A stretch of DNA of 64,000 nucleotides, from positions 125,240,001-125,304,000 of the forward strand of contig OX597818.1 in NCBI GenBank assembly GCA_951406725.2. Direction: 5' to 3'. Every line of letters starts with the position of its first letter. Position 1 is the stretch's first letter. Below the pieces are notes generated by a model. The model did not search any database. It saw only the letters and a program-made list of their open reading frames with translations, and was not told where the DNA came from. Both the position numbers and the translations under genes were made by a program. This DNA comes from Octopus vulgaris (lineage: Eukaryota). Below, piece by piece: positions 13,545-26,067 of the stretch.

Positions 13545-14095
13545 AATACCATCATCACCATTACCATTACCGTCGCCGCCACCAGCACTTCTACCATTAT
13601 CACTGTCAGCTCCCCACCATCACTACTAACCCCACCACCACAACCATCATCGCCATCCTAAATTACTTCCTCCCCACAAATGCACCGCCATCTTAACTAC
13701 CACCACCAGCACTACCATTACCATCACCACCACTACTACAAACGCTATCTGCATCATTTTCCCCGAGCCCCTTACCATCATCACCATCAACTACCACTGC
13801 TGCCCACCACCACCACCACCACCATCACACCATTGGCACCACCACCACCACCACCACCACCACCACCACCACCACCACCACAATCTTCATCATTACTACC
13901 AGCAAAAGTACGTTACCAGATTCAAATCCTATCCCCCACCTCACATACTTTTTATACATACTAGCACTTATACAACACCCCCAATACACCACCGCCATCA
14001 CCACCAGTCCCCATCATCACCACCAGTCCCCATCATCACCACCACCTCCATCATCACCACCACCACCACCACCACCTCCACCATCATCATCATTA
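13545..14095. repeat. Degenerate (CAC/CAT)n low-complexity tract
   Basis: Directly visible; a comparable (GTG/GAT)n tract lies at 44595-45020. Confidence 0.9.
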
Positions 14096-14522
14096 TCAAT
14101 TTCTCCCCCAAATACCCATCCAGCAAGCAATGAAACTAACACAGACATTTACAGAATCCCAGCCGCTTAACTTCCTTCTTAACCCCTCTCCCACCTCTTC
14201 TGTCAACACAGGGTCAGTCCTCCACGTTCGGGGAGGACAGCCAGCTTTCAAGAGGGCTTCCGTCAAAGGGCTATAAATCAGACCAACTCAACCAAACATT
14301 CCACCTACGATTGCTGTATCTGGCAGTGTCCCTAACCGCTTCGATGAAAGCTCAATGTCACTCTTATCTGATTCGTTTATAAACACAGAGAACGTTTTGC
14401 CCTCCTTACACACACACACACACACACACGTACACATACAGACACACACACACACACACGTACATACAGACACACACACACACACGTACATACACACACA
14501 CACACACGCACACGTACATACA

Positions 14523-14596
<74 letters not shown>

Positions 14597-14835
14597 TACG
14601 CGTACACATACAGACACACACCTTACTGACACTGAAATATAAAAAAAAGAGATTCACTGCCTCTCAAGTCTCTCTCTCTGTGTTTGCTTTTCTCAAGATT
14701 CTGTCTCACATACAGTTCTCGTTTTTATATGCATACACATCTTTACAAACAGTAGTATTATATGTACTTCCAGATTTGCGTTTGGGCATCTGTCGTGCGT
14801 GGATACTTAAGTATGTAAGTATATAAATATATATA

Positions 14836-15058
14836 GCTGGCAGAACCGTTAGCATGCCGGGCGAAATGCGTAGCCGCATTTTGTCTGCCGTAACGTTCTG
14901 AGCTCAAATTCCGCCGAGGTCGACTTTGCCTTTCATCCTTTCGGGGTCGATAAATTAGGTACCAGTTACGCACTGGGGTCGATGTAATCAACTTCATTCG
15001 TTTGTCTGTCCTTGTTTGCCCCCTCTATGTTTAGCCCCTTGTGGGTAATAAAGAAACA
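14836..15058 (+). mobile_element. SINE family A copy
   Basis: Same body as 2448-2678, slightly 5'-truncated. Confidence 0.85.
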
Positions 15059-15240
15059 TATATGTATGTATGTATATATGTATGAGTGTGTGTGTGTGTG
15101 TGTGTGTGTGCGTGTGCGTGCACACAAGAGCATCCGTGTATGTATATGCGGGCGTGTGTAGGAATGTTTATATATGTGTATGTCTGTGAGTCCACGTACA
15201 TATGTAGGTGTGTGTATATATACATATATGTTTATGTGTA

Positions 15241-15545
15241 TGCGTGGTCTGATCAACGTGTATCCGGACTGTTGCCATAGCAACGAAGCTAAAGCACGCC
15301 GAGTGAATGCCGCTAGGCACAGGGTGACCTTGAACTCTTCTGTGCATACGCATTAAGTTTTGACATTTTAGCTCACTTCCGTTGCTTACAGCAGAGCTTG
15401 GAAAGAAGGTGTGTAGCGTGTGATGGTCTCATTGATCATGACAGAGAATGTGGCGCAGAGAATCTGTATCAAATTTTGCCAAAGGCTTGGCGATACCTGC
15501 TCGGAGACCTACGCAAAGTTGCAGAAAGTGTATGGGGAGGCTGTG
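15241..15545 (+). pseudogene. Mariner 5' fragment
   Basis: MTENVAQRICIKFCQRLGDTCSETYAKLQKVYGE is a mariner N-terminal HTH. TIR-like CGTGGTCTGATCAA..TATCCGGACT upstream. Confidence 0.75.
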
Positions 15546-15634
15546 CGTTCACCAGTAAGGCAACTTTCCACCCAGACTTGTATCCCGGAGGGGAACCTCT
15601 TAGGTGCACCTAGGGTGATTCGTGACCGATGGAG

Positions 15635-15726
<92 letters not shown>

Positions 15727-16410
15727 TGTATGTATGTATGTATGTATGATGTATGTATGTATGTATGTATGTATGTATGTATGTGTATGTATGTATGTAT
15801 GTATGTATGTATGTATGTATGTATGTATGTATGTATGTATGTTGTTGTATGTATGTATGTATGTATGTATGTATGTATGTATGTATGTATGTATGTATGT
15901 ATGTATGTATGTATGTATGTATGTATGTATGTATGTGTATATGTGAGTGTATGTGTGTATGTGTCCGAGCATTGAATCTTAAAGATCAGCTAAGGACAAT
16001 TACATGTATAACCACCCATGAAGAACAAATCAGCAGTACAAAGAAATAAAAAGGCCAATCCCTTTAAAATGGTAATCACTTTAACAGTACCAGAATCACC
16101 ATTCCACTACATCTGCACATTGAAAGCAGTTTGCTAACTGCCCTTCAGCAACAACACACTCTGATAGGCTCAGTGACTACTAGATTCAGGCCACGACAGA
16201 CAGAGAGGATGTTCTTTAAGCCGAGCATTTTAAACTCACGGAGACAATATCTACACATCGCCTGAGGACACACAGCTAGATCTCATAATGCTGAGAAAAA
16301 GTTGCATAATCAAGTACCTGCACACCTGGAAAACTACGTTGCATGGAAAGCATTGCAGTGATTAAAATATAAATCGTACCCCTTCTTGTTGACTCCAAGT
16401 TTTTCAATTG

Positions 16411-16469
<59 letters not shown>

Positions 16470-16592
16470 ATCTATCTAACTATCTATCTATCTGTCTATC
16501 TAACTTTCTCTCTCTATGTGTGCGTGTATGTGTATATATATATTATCAGACACAATATATATGTATATATATACATATATATGTATATATAT

Positions 16593-16649
<57 letters not shown>

Positions 16650-16658
<9 letters not shown>

Positions 16659-17012
16659 CCTTATGTTGGAGCTGGTCACTCAACCCTATTATCTCCCCTA
16701 ATTTCGCTCTCGCGTCTCATGTTTGATCTTTGACTTCTGGCCGAAATCAGATCGCCATGTTGGTTCGTTAGTTACTGCACGCATTTTTTCTCTCCTTCTT
16801 TCTGTGTTTTTTTCTCTCTGTGTATCTTTCTGTTGAAGAGCGTAGGCTCGAAACGTTAAAGACTTGTTTTATTTATATTTCCTGAGCGCTATACTAATAC
16901 AATTGTTTGTTTGTTTTCCACCTGCCTTCGTCTTTTGTTTATTTTCATAAAGCTTCCCGTTATATGTTTTCCACCTGCCTTCGTCTTTTGTTTATTTTCA
17001 TAAAGCTTCCCG

Positions 17013-17016
<4 letters not shown>
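16650..17016 (+). repeat. Inverted copy of the Penelope-like terminal repeat, tail-to-tail across (TA)n
   Basis: Near-perfect reverse complement of 17055-17370; its last ~54 bp are tandemly duplicated. Confidence 0.9.
16825..16862 (+). ncRNA. Minimal hammerhead-like motif in pLTR (variant core CUGUUGA-A); mirror copy at 17156-17193(-)
   Basis: TCTTT CTGTTGAA GAGC-gtag-GCTC GAAA CG TT AAAGA. Confidence 0.55.
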
Positions 17017-17054
<38 letters not shown>

Positions 17055-17058
<4 letters not shown>

Positions 17059-18699
17059 CGGGAAGCTTTATGAAAATAAACAAAAGACGAAGGCAGGTGG
17101 AAAACAAACAAACAATTGTATTAGTATAGCGCTCAGGAAATATAAATAAAACAAGTCTTTAACGTTTCGAGCCTACGCTCTTCAACAGAAAGATACACAG
17201 AGAGAAAAAAACACAGAAAGAAGGAGAGAAAAAAAATGCGTGCAGTAACTAACGAACCAACATGGCGATCTGATTTCGGCCAGAAGTCAAAGATCAAACA
17301 TGAGACGCGAGAGCGAAATTAGGGGAGATAATAGGGTTGAGTGACCAGCTCCAACATAAGGGTGTGTGTGTGTGTGTGTGTGTATGAGAGAGTATTAGTG
17401 CGTATGAGAGGTCTGGACGTGTGTATGTATAGGGTTGGTGTATGTATTAGTATGTATTAGTATGTATAAGGGTGTGTGTGTGTGTGTGTGTGTGTGTATG
17501 AGAGAGTATTAGTGCGTATGAGAGGTCTGGACGTGTGTATGTATAGAGTTGGTGTATGTATTAGTATGGCACATCATATATGATGTGATGTGTAAAGTCG
17601 TGTGGTGTAGTGTGGAGAGAGGAGAAGAGGGGGAGGGAATAGAGGGGGAGGGGGAGAGGGGGAGAGAGATGGGGGAGGGAGGAGAGGGGGGAGGGGGGGA
17701 GAAGGAAGGGGAGGAGGAGGGGAGGAGGAAGGAGGAAAGAGGGAGAGGGGGAGAGAGAAGGGGAGTGAGGGAGCAGAGGGAAGGGGAAGAGGGAAGGAGG
17801 GAGGGAGAAAGAGGGAAGAAGGGAAGGGGAGTAGGGGTGAAAGGATGAAGGACTGAAGAAGTAGGGGTCGGGGGGAAAGGTAGGTGAGGAGGGGGAGAGG
17901 GGGTTAGATGAGGAGGGGGGAAAGTTGAGACCAAATGGCGTATAAGAGCGAAGAGAGAAGATTAATTCCTGTTCACGGCGCAAACGGGAATCCGGATGGC
18001 CTCTGTGTAAGGACAAACCGAACACAGATAGGTGTTGCAAGGAGTGACCGGTAGAGCGGAAATGGCGAGAGACCGGTGTGTCGTTCGCAAGGTGGATGTC
18101 ACGAAGGTGTTCCGCGAACCGGTCAGCCAAGCGGCGTCCCGTTTGTCCGATGTACAAGGAATGGCAGAGAGAGCAAGAGACGCAATAGATAATATTGCTG
18201 GAGGTGCAGGTGAAGGGGTGGATGATGGGATAGGGTCGATGATGGGTGCTAGTGAGGAGGGTGGTGTTGGAGAGGTAAGGGCAAGTGCGGCAACGTGGGC
18301 GGGAGCAGGGGAACGAGCCGGGTTGGGAGGTAGGGTCAGGGAAGGAGCTATGGACCAAAAGGTCTCGAAGGTTGTGGGCTCGTTTGAAAGAGGGGAGGGG
18401 TCGGTTAGGGAAGAGGTGTGAAGTGGACGGGTCGGACTGGAGATGACGGAAAGCTTGAAGAATGGTGCGTTGGAGAGGTAGGGTCGTGGGGTGGTAAGTG
18501 AGGGGAAAAGGGAGGCGGGAGACTACAGGGCGGGTTCGGGGAGAGAGAGCAGATACACGGTCCACGGACCGTGCTCTGGCAAGGGCGGTGTGGATAGTGG
18601 TGAGGGGGTATCCACGTAGGGTGAAGTGGTGAGCCATACGTTGAGACTGAGTCTCAAAGTCATGGTCGTCACTACAGAGCCTACGTAGACGGAGGAAAT
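17055..18699 (-). mobile_element. 5'-truncated Penelope-like retroelement (Neptune-type) with 3' pLTR
   Basis: RT thumb FLRLRRLCS..RGYP, Cys-rich linker CSRPRCRTC, GIY-YIG domain. Both ends lie in (TA)n. Confidence 0.9.
17561..18637 (-). CDS. Penelope-like RT C-terminus plus GIY-YIG endonuclease (partial; the frame continues upstream to ~18699)
   Basis: CTSSNIIYCVSCSLCHSLYIGQTGRRLADRFAEH..VSRHF..H..REQELIFSLRSYTPFGLN. The remaining C-terminal part translates a CT-rich tract. Confidence 0.85.
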   Translation of the reverse strand: MAHHFTLRGYPLTTIHTALARARSVDRVSALSPRTRPVVSRLPFPLTYHPTTLPLQRTILQAFRHLQSDPSTSHLFPNRPLPSFKRAHNLRDLLVHSSFPDPTSQPGSFPCSRPRCRTCPYLSNTTLLTSTHHRPYPIIHPFTCTSSNIIYCVSCSLCHSLYIGQTGRRLADRFAEHLRDIHLANDTPVSRHFRSTGHSLQHLSVFGLSLHRGHPDSRLRREQELIFSLRSYTPFGLNFPPSSSNPLSPSSPTFPPDPYFFSPSSFHPYSPSLLPSFSLPPSLFPFPLLPHSPSLSPSPSFLLPPPLLLPFLLPPSPLSSLPHLSPPLPLPLYSLPLFSSLHTTPHDFTHHIIYDVPY

Positions 18700-18885
18700 A
18701 TATATATATATATATATATATACCTTCGAAACACGCATCGAGTCGAACCAGGGGCAGCTGATGAGGGGAATATTCCTTGTATTGTTTGTCTTGTACTCTG
18801 TTTTTTCGTTGTTAAAAAAGTCCGTTCCTTGTTTGTTTTTATGTTTTCGTTTCTTGTTGTGTTCTACGTTTATTTGTGGTGTCCT

Positions 18886-18951
<66 letters not shown>

Positions 18952-19249
18952 GCATATATATATACATATAGATATGTACATATATGTATGTATGCATATG
19001 TTTTATTTGTTAAATTGTTATTATATATATATATATATATAAACATGTATGCATACATATCCACACATACCAGATGCATATAATATCATACCTTGACACA
19101 ATTTAGACTGATATCCCCGTTAAGAATGTTGCTATATAATCTTAATGCAGAAGACATGGAATTCACATCCGTCTGGCGATGTTAGAACATTTTCCAGTTA
19201 CTTTCTGTGTGTGTGTGTGTGTGTGGTGTGTATTTACATATGTGTGTGC

Positions 19250-19308
<59 letters not shown>

Positions 19309-20103
19309 CATATATATGTGCATGTGTGTGTATATATATATTTACAAATATATTTATCTTTATGTATGTGGTGCGTGTGTACGTATTTTTTAACCGTTGT
19401 ATATGTTTCTATGTACATGCTATCATTAGTATTAATTCGATCTGGACAAATCTGTCAATCTGGACAAATCGAACTGCAGATGGAGGTGTGCTCGTTAATC
19501 TTTAAGTCTAGACCCCATACATTGACAGCCAAGTGATGAAAACTCTGTTTCACGCATTGGGATCAAACATCATAGGTGTTAGCGAGTGCAACTGTGAGAA
19601 TAATGATCCTTGTACGCAAGTTCTCTCATATTGCAAAGCTCATACTAAGCTCATATGACTGGTAATTTGTGAAGATTTTTGTAGAGCATTGTAATTAGAG
19701 TAGAAAAAATCTAGTCTAGTATAAGAGGACGGCGGCGAGATTTTTGTCTACCTCTACTGCAGAGAGCTTACTTTTCGACTGGGCATACTTAACTCGCTAT
19801 GCTATGTGGCGTATGCATACTAAATACACAAATGTATACAATGGTAGTCAGGCGTGTGCTTCTTAAACAGCTATCCAGCCTGTTGATAATTTAGAGCTGT
19901 GCCCCGGCATCCTGTACAGCTGTAAAAATATATTATGTGCACATTTGTCAGTGGTTACACACAGAAACTGAAGCTGCATTTTTTTTCTTTATAGATAAAT
20001 TTGCAGTTTCCGAAATATAATGCTTGTTTGATGGACATTTTCCTTTTTATTTCTGAGGAAACTCTTTCATTACAATAGTAGGGTCATCAGCGAGGATATA
20101 TAA

Positions 20104-20702
20104 GGTGGCGAGCTGGCAGAGATGTTAGCACGCCGGGCGAAAAGCTTAGCTGTATTTCGTCTGCCGCTACGTTCTGAGTTCTAATTCCGCCGAGGTCGAC
20201 ATTGCCTTTCATCCTTTCGGAGTCGATTAAATAAGTACCAGTTACGCACTGGGGTCGATAGAATCGACTTAATCCGTTTGACTGTCCTTGTTTGTCCTCT
20301 CTGTGTTTAGCCCCTTGTGGGTAGTAAAGAAATAGGTATTTCGTCTGCCGTTACGTTCTGTGTTCAAATACCACCGAGGTCGACTTTGCCTTTCATCCTT
20401 TCGGAGTCGATTAAATAAGTACCAGTTACGCACTGGGGTCGATATAATCGACTTAATCCGTTTGTCTATCCTTGTTTGTCCTCTCTGTGTTTAGCCTCTT
20501 GTGGGTAGTAAAGAAATAGGCATTTCGTCAGTCGTTACATTCCGAGTTCAAATTCCGCCGAAGTCGACTTTGCTTTTCATCCTTTCGGGATCGATAAATA
20601 AAGTACCAGTTTCGCACTGGAGTCGATGTAATCGACTTAATCCGTTTGTTTGTCCTTGTTTGTCCCCTCTATGGTTAGCCCCTTGTGGGCAAAAAAGAAA
20701 TA
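20104..20702 (+). mobile_element. SINE family A, trimeric copy (184-bp period)
   Basis: One head plus two head-less units; junctions at 20334/20335 and 20518/20519. Confidence 0.9.
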
Positions 20703-21109
20703 TATATACTGTTTGTTTTCACGTGAATCGATATCACTAAAGCAATCCTTCGGCATAAGTATCGCAATTATCAAAATTTTTCTAGCTGAATGAAATATCA
20801 ATGAACTTGTTGTTGTCTTTGTCATCTTATCCTCACATGACTTCAAGTTTGATGCTCACAGAAGAAGGAGAGTATATTAGAAACCTCCATGTTGTAGAAT
20901 TCGCTCTACTATAACATCCCACTGCGCCCGCGTTTGTAATGTGATGCAAAATAGCTCAAATTTTCATTTTATAATGAGCAAATTCTGAATAAGTTATATT
21001 TTGAAAAGCTTATAAACATTAAAAAGAAATTTAGTATATAATATGCATAATTACACATTGTGTCCTAGGGCCACCGTCAGTTAGTTTTGAATATGTATGC
21101 ATGTATTTA

Positions 21110-21171
<62 letters not shown>

Positions 21172-21172
<1 letters not shown>

Positions 21173-21592
21173 TGCCAATAGAGAAAGAGCCTGTTTCTAA
21201 CCTAGATTCGAGGCTACTTCATTGGAGTTTCAACATTATCAAGGTATGTATGTATGTATATATATGCAGATTTGTATGCTTTGCTATATCTATGTTTTCT
21301 TATACATATAGTTGCATGTCTAGACATGTTCATATTTACTTAAATGATAAACTACTGGAAAATTTTACAGATTTTTACAGTTCCATTGATGGCTTGGATC
21401 TGTAGTCATCGAATCAACTTTCACTTTTCTAGTTTTAAAAAGTTTAATCTCTCAAGATTGGTATTTAGGCAATGTGTTACATATCCCAGTGTCTCAATAA
21501 TTACAGTTAGAGACCTGAACTTGTAATCTGGGTAGAGTAACTGTAGATTTCTCAACGGTTCGGCGTAGGCGTTTGCATTTTCCCTGTTTCTG
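21172..21592 (-). pseudogene. RLE-type (R4/NeSL-like) LINE 3' fragment abutting (TACA)n
   Basis: ENANAYAEPLRNLQLLYPDYKFRSLTVIIETLGYVTHCL matches the KxxKY..PVIIGALG pattern of RLE domains and is followed by a 3' UTR. Confidence 0.7.
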
Positions 21593-22524
21593 TATGTATG
21601 TATGTATGCATGTATGTATGTACGTATGTATGTATGTACGTATGTATGTATGTACGTATGTACGGATGTATGTATGTATGTATGCATGTATGTGAGTATG
21701 TATGTATGTATGTATGTATGTATGTATGTATGTATGTACGTACGTTCGTACATACGTACGTATGTATGCATGTATGTATGTATGTATGTATGTATGTATG
21801 TACGTTCGTACGTACGTACGTACGTATGTATGTATGTATGTATGTATGTATGTATGTATGTATGTATGTATGTGTGTGTATGTACGTATGTGAGTACATG
21901 TAAATGTGTGTGTTTGTGAGTGTTTTTATTTGTGGGTGCGTGCGTGTGTGAATGTGCATGTGTATGTATGTACATGTGTTTGTTAAACAAAAACGAGCTA
22001 AGAGAATTAGGTATATCAAATACCACCCAATATAAATTCTAGATTTATTAAAATTAACTCCGTTTCTTGAGCATGCATTACAATTGGCAATTGCGACTAG
22101 CTCCATGTGAGATGCTGAGATAATCTCAAGAATCAAGAATTTCCTCAAAGCTGACATGCCACGAAGGAAGTCAATGGGCTTATTGCTTGGAGAGAAGAGG
22201 ACAATCAAGTACATGCGTTTCTGCCTCAATAGGCGTCATTAGCACAACAACTGCCTTACCTTATCTCTAGTAACCAAGGAACTTTGACATATGACATAGC
22301 CTACATAATTTGCATAAATTAAAAAAGATAAATAAGTCATAGGGGCCTGTAACATGTATACGAACAATATAGACAAATGCAGGCGTATCAAATATCACAT
22401 GATATAAATTCTTGATTTATTTAAGTTATTTCAGCTTCCAGCAGCTGGATTGATTAAGTATTGAATTAAAGTACGAAAGGTGAAGATCTGAGCCTGATAT
22501 TTGATTGCTACGGTGCGAACCCAG

Positions 22525-22895
22525 GACACGTTTCTGTATTATTAAACCTTCTCAAGACATGTTTCGGTATTATTATATCTTCTCAGAACATGTTTCGGTA
22601 TTATTATACCTTCTCAGGACATGTTTCGGTATTACTATACCTTCTCAAGACATGTTTCGGTATTATTATACCTTCTCAGAACATGTTTCGGTATTATTAT
22701 ACCTTCTCAGGACACGTTTCAGTATTATTATACCTTCTCAGAACATGTTTCGGTACTATTATATCTTCTCAGGACATGTTTCGGTATTATTATACCTTCT
22801 CAGGACACGTTTCAGTATTATTATACCTTCCCAAAACATGTTTCGGTATTATTATACCTTCTCAGGACATGTTTCGTTATAATATACCTTCTCAG
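22525..22895 (-). repeat. Minisatellite of 12 x 31 bp; unit resembles a hammerhead catalytic core
   Basis: Minus-strand consensus CTGAGAA GGTAT-aata-ATACC GAAA CATG TC. Units start at 22525 and every 31 bp thereafter; the last unit is 30 bp. Confidence 0.9.
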
Positions 22896-23293
22896 CAAAG
22901 CACAGTGAGCACGAACTGACCAGAGCGCTGACTGATTCAAACATACATACAAATAAGTCACAAAATAATATTTTTTTTTATTGTGCTGACTATATGTGTC
23001 TTTCGTTTACTTGAAGCCTTGTGTGTATAGTATCTAATTTTGTCGATTCCAAATGAGAAGCGGAAAAAGTTAGCACCAGCATTTTATGAACTGAGAACAT
23101 AATGACTGTAGCAAAGAAACTACAATGTATTTTGTCAGATGCTCCACCGATTCATACTCTGAAGATGGTTTAAGATAATATTAAAAAGAATGGGAAGAAA
23201 ATAAGGACAACGACCTTTGAGAGCAGGGGAAGTGTTGGAAAAAAAGAGTTAATACATACACACATGTATATACACTTAAACGTACATGAAAAA

Positions 23294-23363
<70 letters not shown>

Positions 23364-23659
23364 CTATGTGTATAATACACACACACATTTATGTATCTCT
23401 TATTATAAAAGGCAGATTTTATCTGCCTCCTTTTGTAACTTATAGAAATCTACAATATAGGATTTCTTCAATTACAATTTACCTAGCATTTTTAAGAGTA
23501 GAATGCATCGGGTCATGCCAGGTCCAGTTTTTAAAATTTAAACTCCAATTAAGCAAAATTTACAGAAAACTCACATTCTGGTGTGTATGTCAAATGTTTT
23601 TCTTAATGTGGTTTACACCACACGCAAACGCACACACACACAAAGGGACCGAATTGTTT

Positions 23660-24371
23660 CACTGACGCTATCACCCTTCTCCTCCTTTGTCTTTGCAAGT
23701 TTGCAGCTATTAAAGTGAAAACAGTGAATCCGACAGCGATAAAGAAAACGAATTGGTACCTGAATGGAGTGAAAATTTAAAAACTGTTTCTTTCGTTGAT
23801 TTTTCTGAAGAAACTGGACCAAGCCACAGACTTTCCCAGAAGAGTAAAGCCTTAGACTATTTCTATTTACTTTTTCGAATGAGCCCATTTGAAATCATTA
23901 CGGCAGAAACGAAACGTTACGCTAAACGTAAACAAAACGAAAGAAAGGATAGTTTGTTATTTCCCACAACCTTAAATGAAATTAAGGCCTATTTTGCCAT
24001 AAATATTATTATGGGTATCAGAAAGTTACCCAGAATAACAAATTCTATCGTAAAATTTTGTTGTATACCCAATTGAATATTAGCTAATAACCCATTTTCT
24101 ATAGCGATGTTTGAACAAAATGTTAATAATTTTATATATTGTTGAATTTACCTGTATCTACCTGCAATTAGAGTCACTTTGTGACAAAAATTATAGTATA
24201 GAATTGGTTGAGGACATTTCATTAAATTATTTTCCAAAATTCACGTTAATATATTGATAAATAAAAAAGTTATTGTTGTTTAATGAAACCAGACTAAATT
24301 TATGATTACGTTAGAAATTAATTGAAACACATAAGGGGTGTATTTTGGTCAGAAATATAGTAACGAAAGGG
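23660..24371 (+). mobile_element. piggyBac remnant (internally deleted; right end retained)
   Basis: ORF 23753-24076 LDYFYLLF..IITAETKRYA..PTTLNEIKAYFAINIIMGIRKLP is typical of piggyBac/PGBD4-like transposases. End GTAACGAAAGGG|TTAA. Confidence 0.8.
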
Positions 24372-24483
24372 TTAAGAAAAACCAAAAAATATTTTATTCT
24401 TTATAAATGTTGTATTCAAAATAACATTTTCTTTTAAGAATGTGTATATAACAAAGTATGTGTATATAACTACGTGACTTATA

Positions 24484-24878
24484 TCTTTATATATAAGAGT
24501 GAAGTTGTGTGTCTGTCTCCTACGATTTAGATTCCTAACTACTCCCACATTTTGCGGTGCAGTGTAACCAAAACCGGGTATCTTATAGTCGTGATTCATA
24601 TCGAGCCCTTCTGGGTATTAGCGCGCGTCTACGATGAGTCTACGATTTAAAAAAATTTACCATCATATTTTTCCATTTTAATGCATTTTTTTCGCTATTA
24701 TATAAGGGAAGTAACTCTCTAAAAATATCTACGATGTGTCAACGATTTAAAGAGAAATTTACCTCAATTTTTTTCCATTTTTAATGCATTTTTTCCTATT
24801 TTTTGGCTATAACTCTCTAAAAATGCTTATATAGTTATTTCCCTTACAAACCCGAGCAACGCCGGGCGATACTGCTAG
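24484..24878 (+). mobile_element. Non-autonomous Helitron
   Basis: A|TC start, subterminal hairpin CCCGAGCAACGCCGGG, CTAG|T end, no target-site duplication. Confidence 0.8.
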
Positions 24879-24919
24879 TATCATATAAATCTGTAATTAT
24901 ATATACGTATGAATGTGTA

Positions 24920-25312
24920 TACTCTTTTACGCTTTTACTTGTTTCAGTCATTTGACTGTGGCCATGCTGGAGCATCGCCTTTAGTCGATCAAATCGACCC
25001 AGGACTTATTCTTTGCAAGCCTAGTACTTATTCTATCGGTCTCTTTTGCCGAACCGCTAAGTTACGGTGACGTAAACACACGGTGGGGGTGGGCAAACAC
25101 AGACACACAAACATATACACACCCACATATATACATACACATATATACGACGAGCTTCTTTCAGTTTCCGTCTACCAACTCCACTCACAAGGCTTTGGTC
25201 GATCCGAGGCTATAGTAGAAGACACTTGCCCAAGGTGTCACGCAGTGGGACTGAACCCGGAACAATGTGGTTGGTAAACAAGCTACTTACCACACAGCCA
25301 CTCCTACGCCTA
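24920..25312 (-). mobile_element. tRNA-derived SINE family B
   Basis: Head GTAGGAGTGGCTGTGTGGTAAG, B-box GGTTCAGTCCC, CORE-like ACCTTGGGCAAGTG, tail GAAACAAGTAAAAG. Partial copies at 1590, 27790, 33755 and 34508. Confidence 0.85.
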
Positions 25313-25660
25313 CGTGTATATATATTTATATATACAAGTATATACATGTATATATAAGTATGTGTACATATACACTTATACATATACATACCTACTAACT
25401 TCTGTGTGTGTGCGTGTGCGTGTTCGCGCGCGTATGCGCACGTGTGTTTGTAAAATCATTCTCTACAGAAAGTATCATTGTAAAAGTTTGCTTGTTTTGT
25501 TCGGAATGGAAATCAAGCCAGGATTCTTTGACATGGTTTTCTCATCTAAAAAATAGTGAATGAGTGGGAAAAGTTATCACAGCCATTTGTTTGGGGGACA
25601 CTTAAAAGAACTTCAAACAAGATACAAACACCCACACACATTATATATACAAAGTTATAC

Positions 25661-25711
<51 letters not shown>

Positions 25712-25900
25712 TATCTATACATATACATATATATATATGTGTGTGTATGTGTGTCTGTATGCGTACGTATGTGTATGTATATGTATGTATGCGAGTGTAT
25801 ATGTATATGTGTATATGTGTAATTTGTCAAATAATTATTTTTCGGTTGAGCTGTGAATAAACAGAGCAGCTAAGTAGTAATAGTAGTAGTAGTAGTAGTG

Positions 25901-25981
<81 letters not shown>

Positions 25982-26021
25982 ATAATGGACATCACCATGT
26001 GAGTATGGAGACGATGATGGC

Positions 26022-26067
<46 letters not shown>

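Noticed and set aside
14260-14300. TATA-like CTATAAAT promoter
   Set aside because: No downstream gene structure is visible and the motif is common in AT-rich DNA.
18032-18421. 129-aa + strand ORF
   Set aside because: Antisense shadow of the GC-rich Penelope ORF.
18721-18770. Type-II permuted hammerhead (CCTTC GAAA .. CTGATGA GGGG)
   Set aside because: Stem III has only 2 bp and no stem I forms between GTC and CTGATGA; kept only as the half-motif finding.
22525-22895. CRISPR array, or repeat-protein ORFs at 22505-22919
   Set aside because: Units abut with no unique spacers, there are no cas genes and the context is eukaryotic. The ORFs arise from a stop-free 31-mer.
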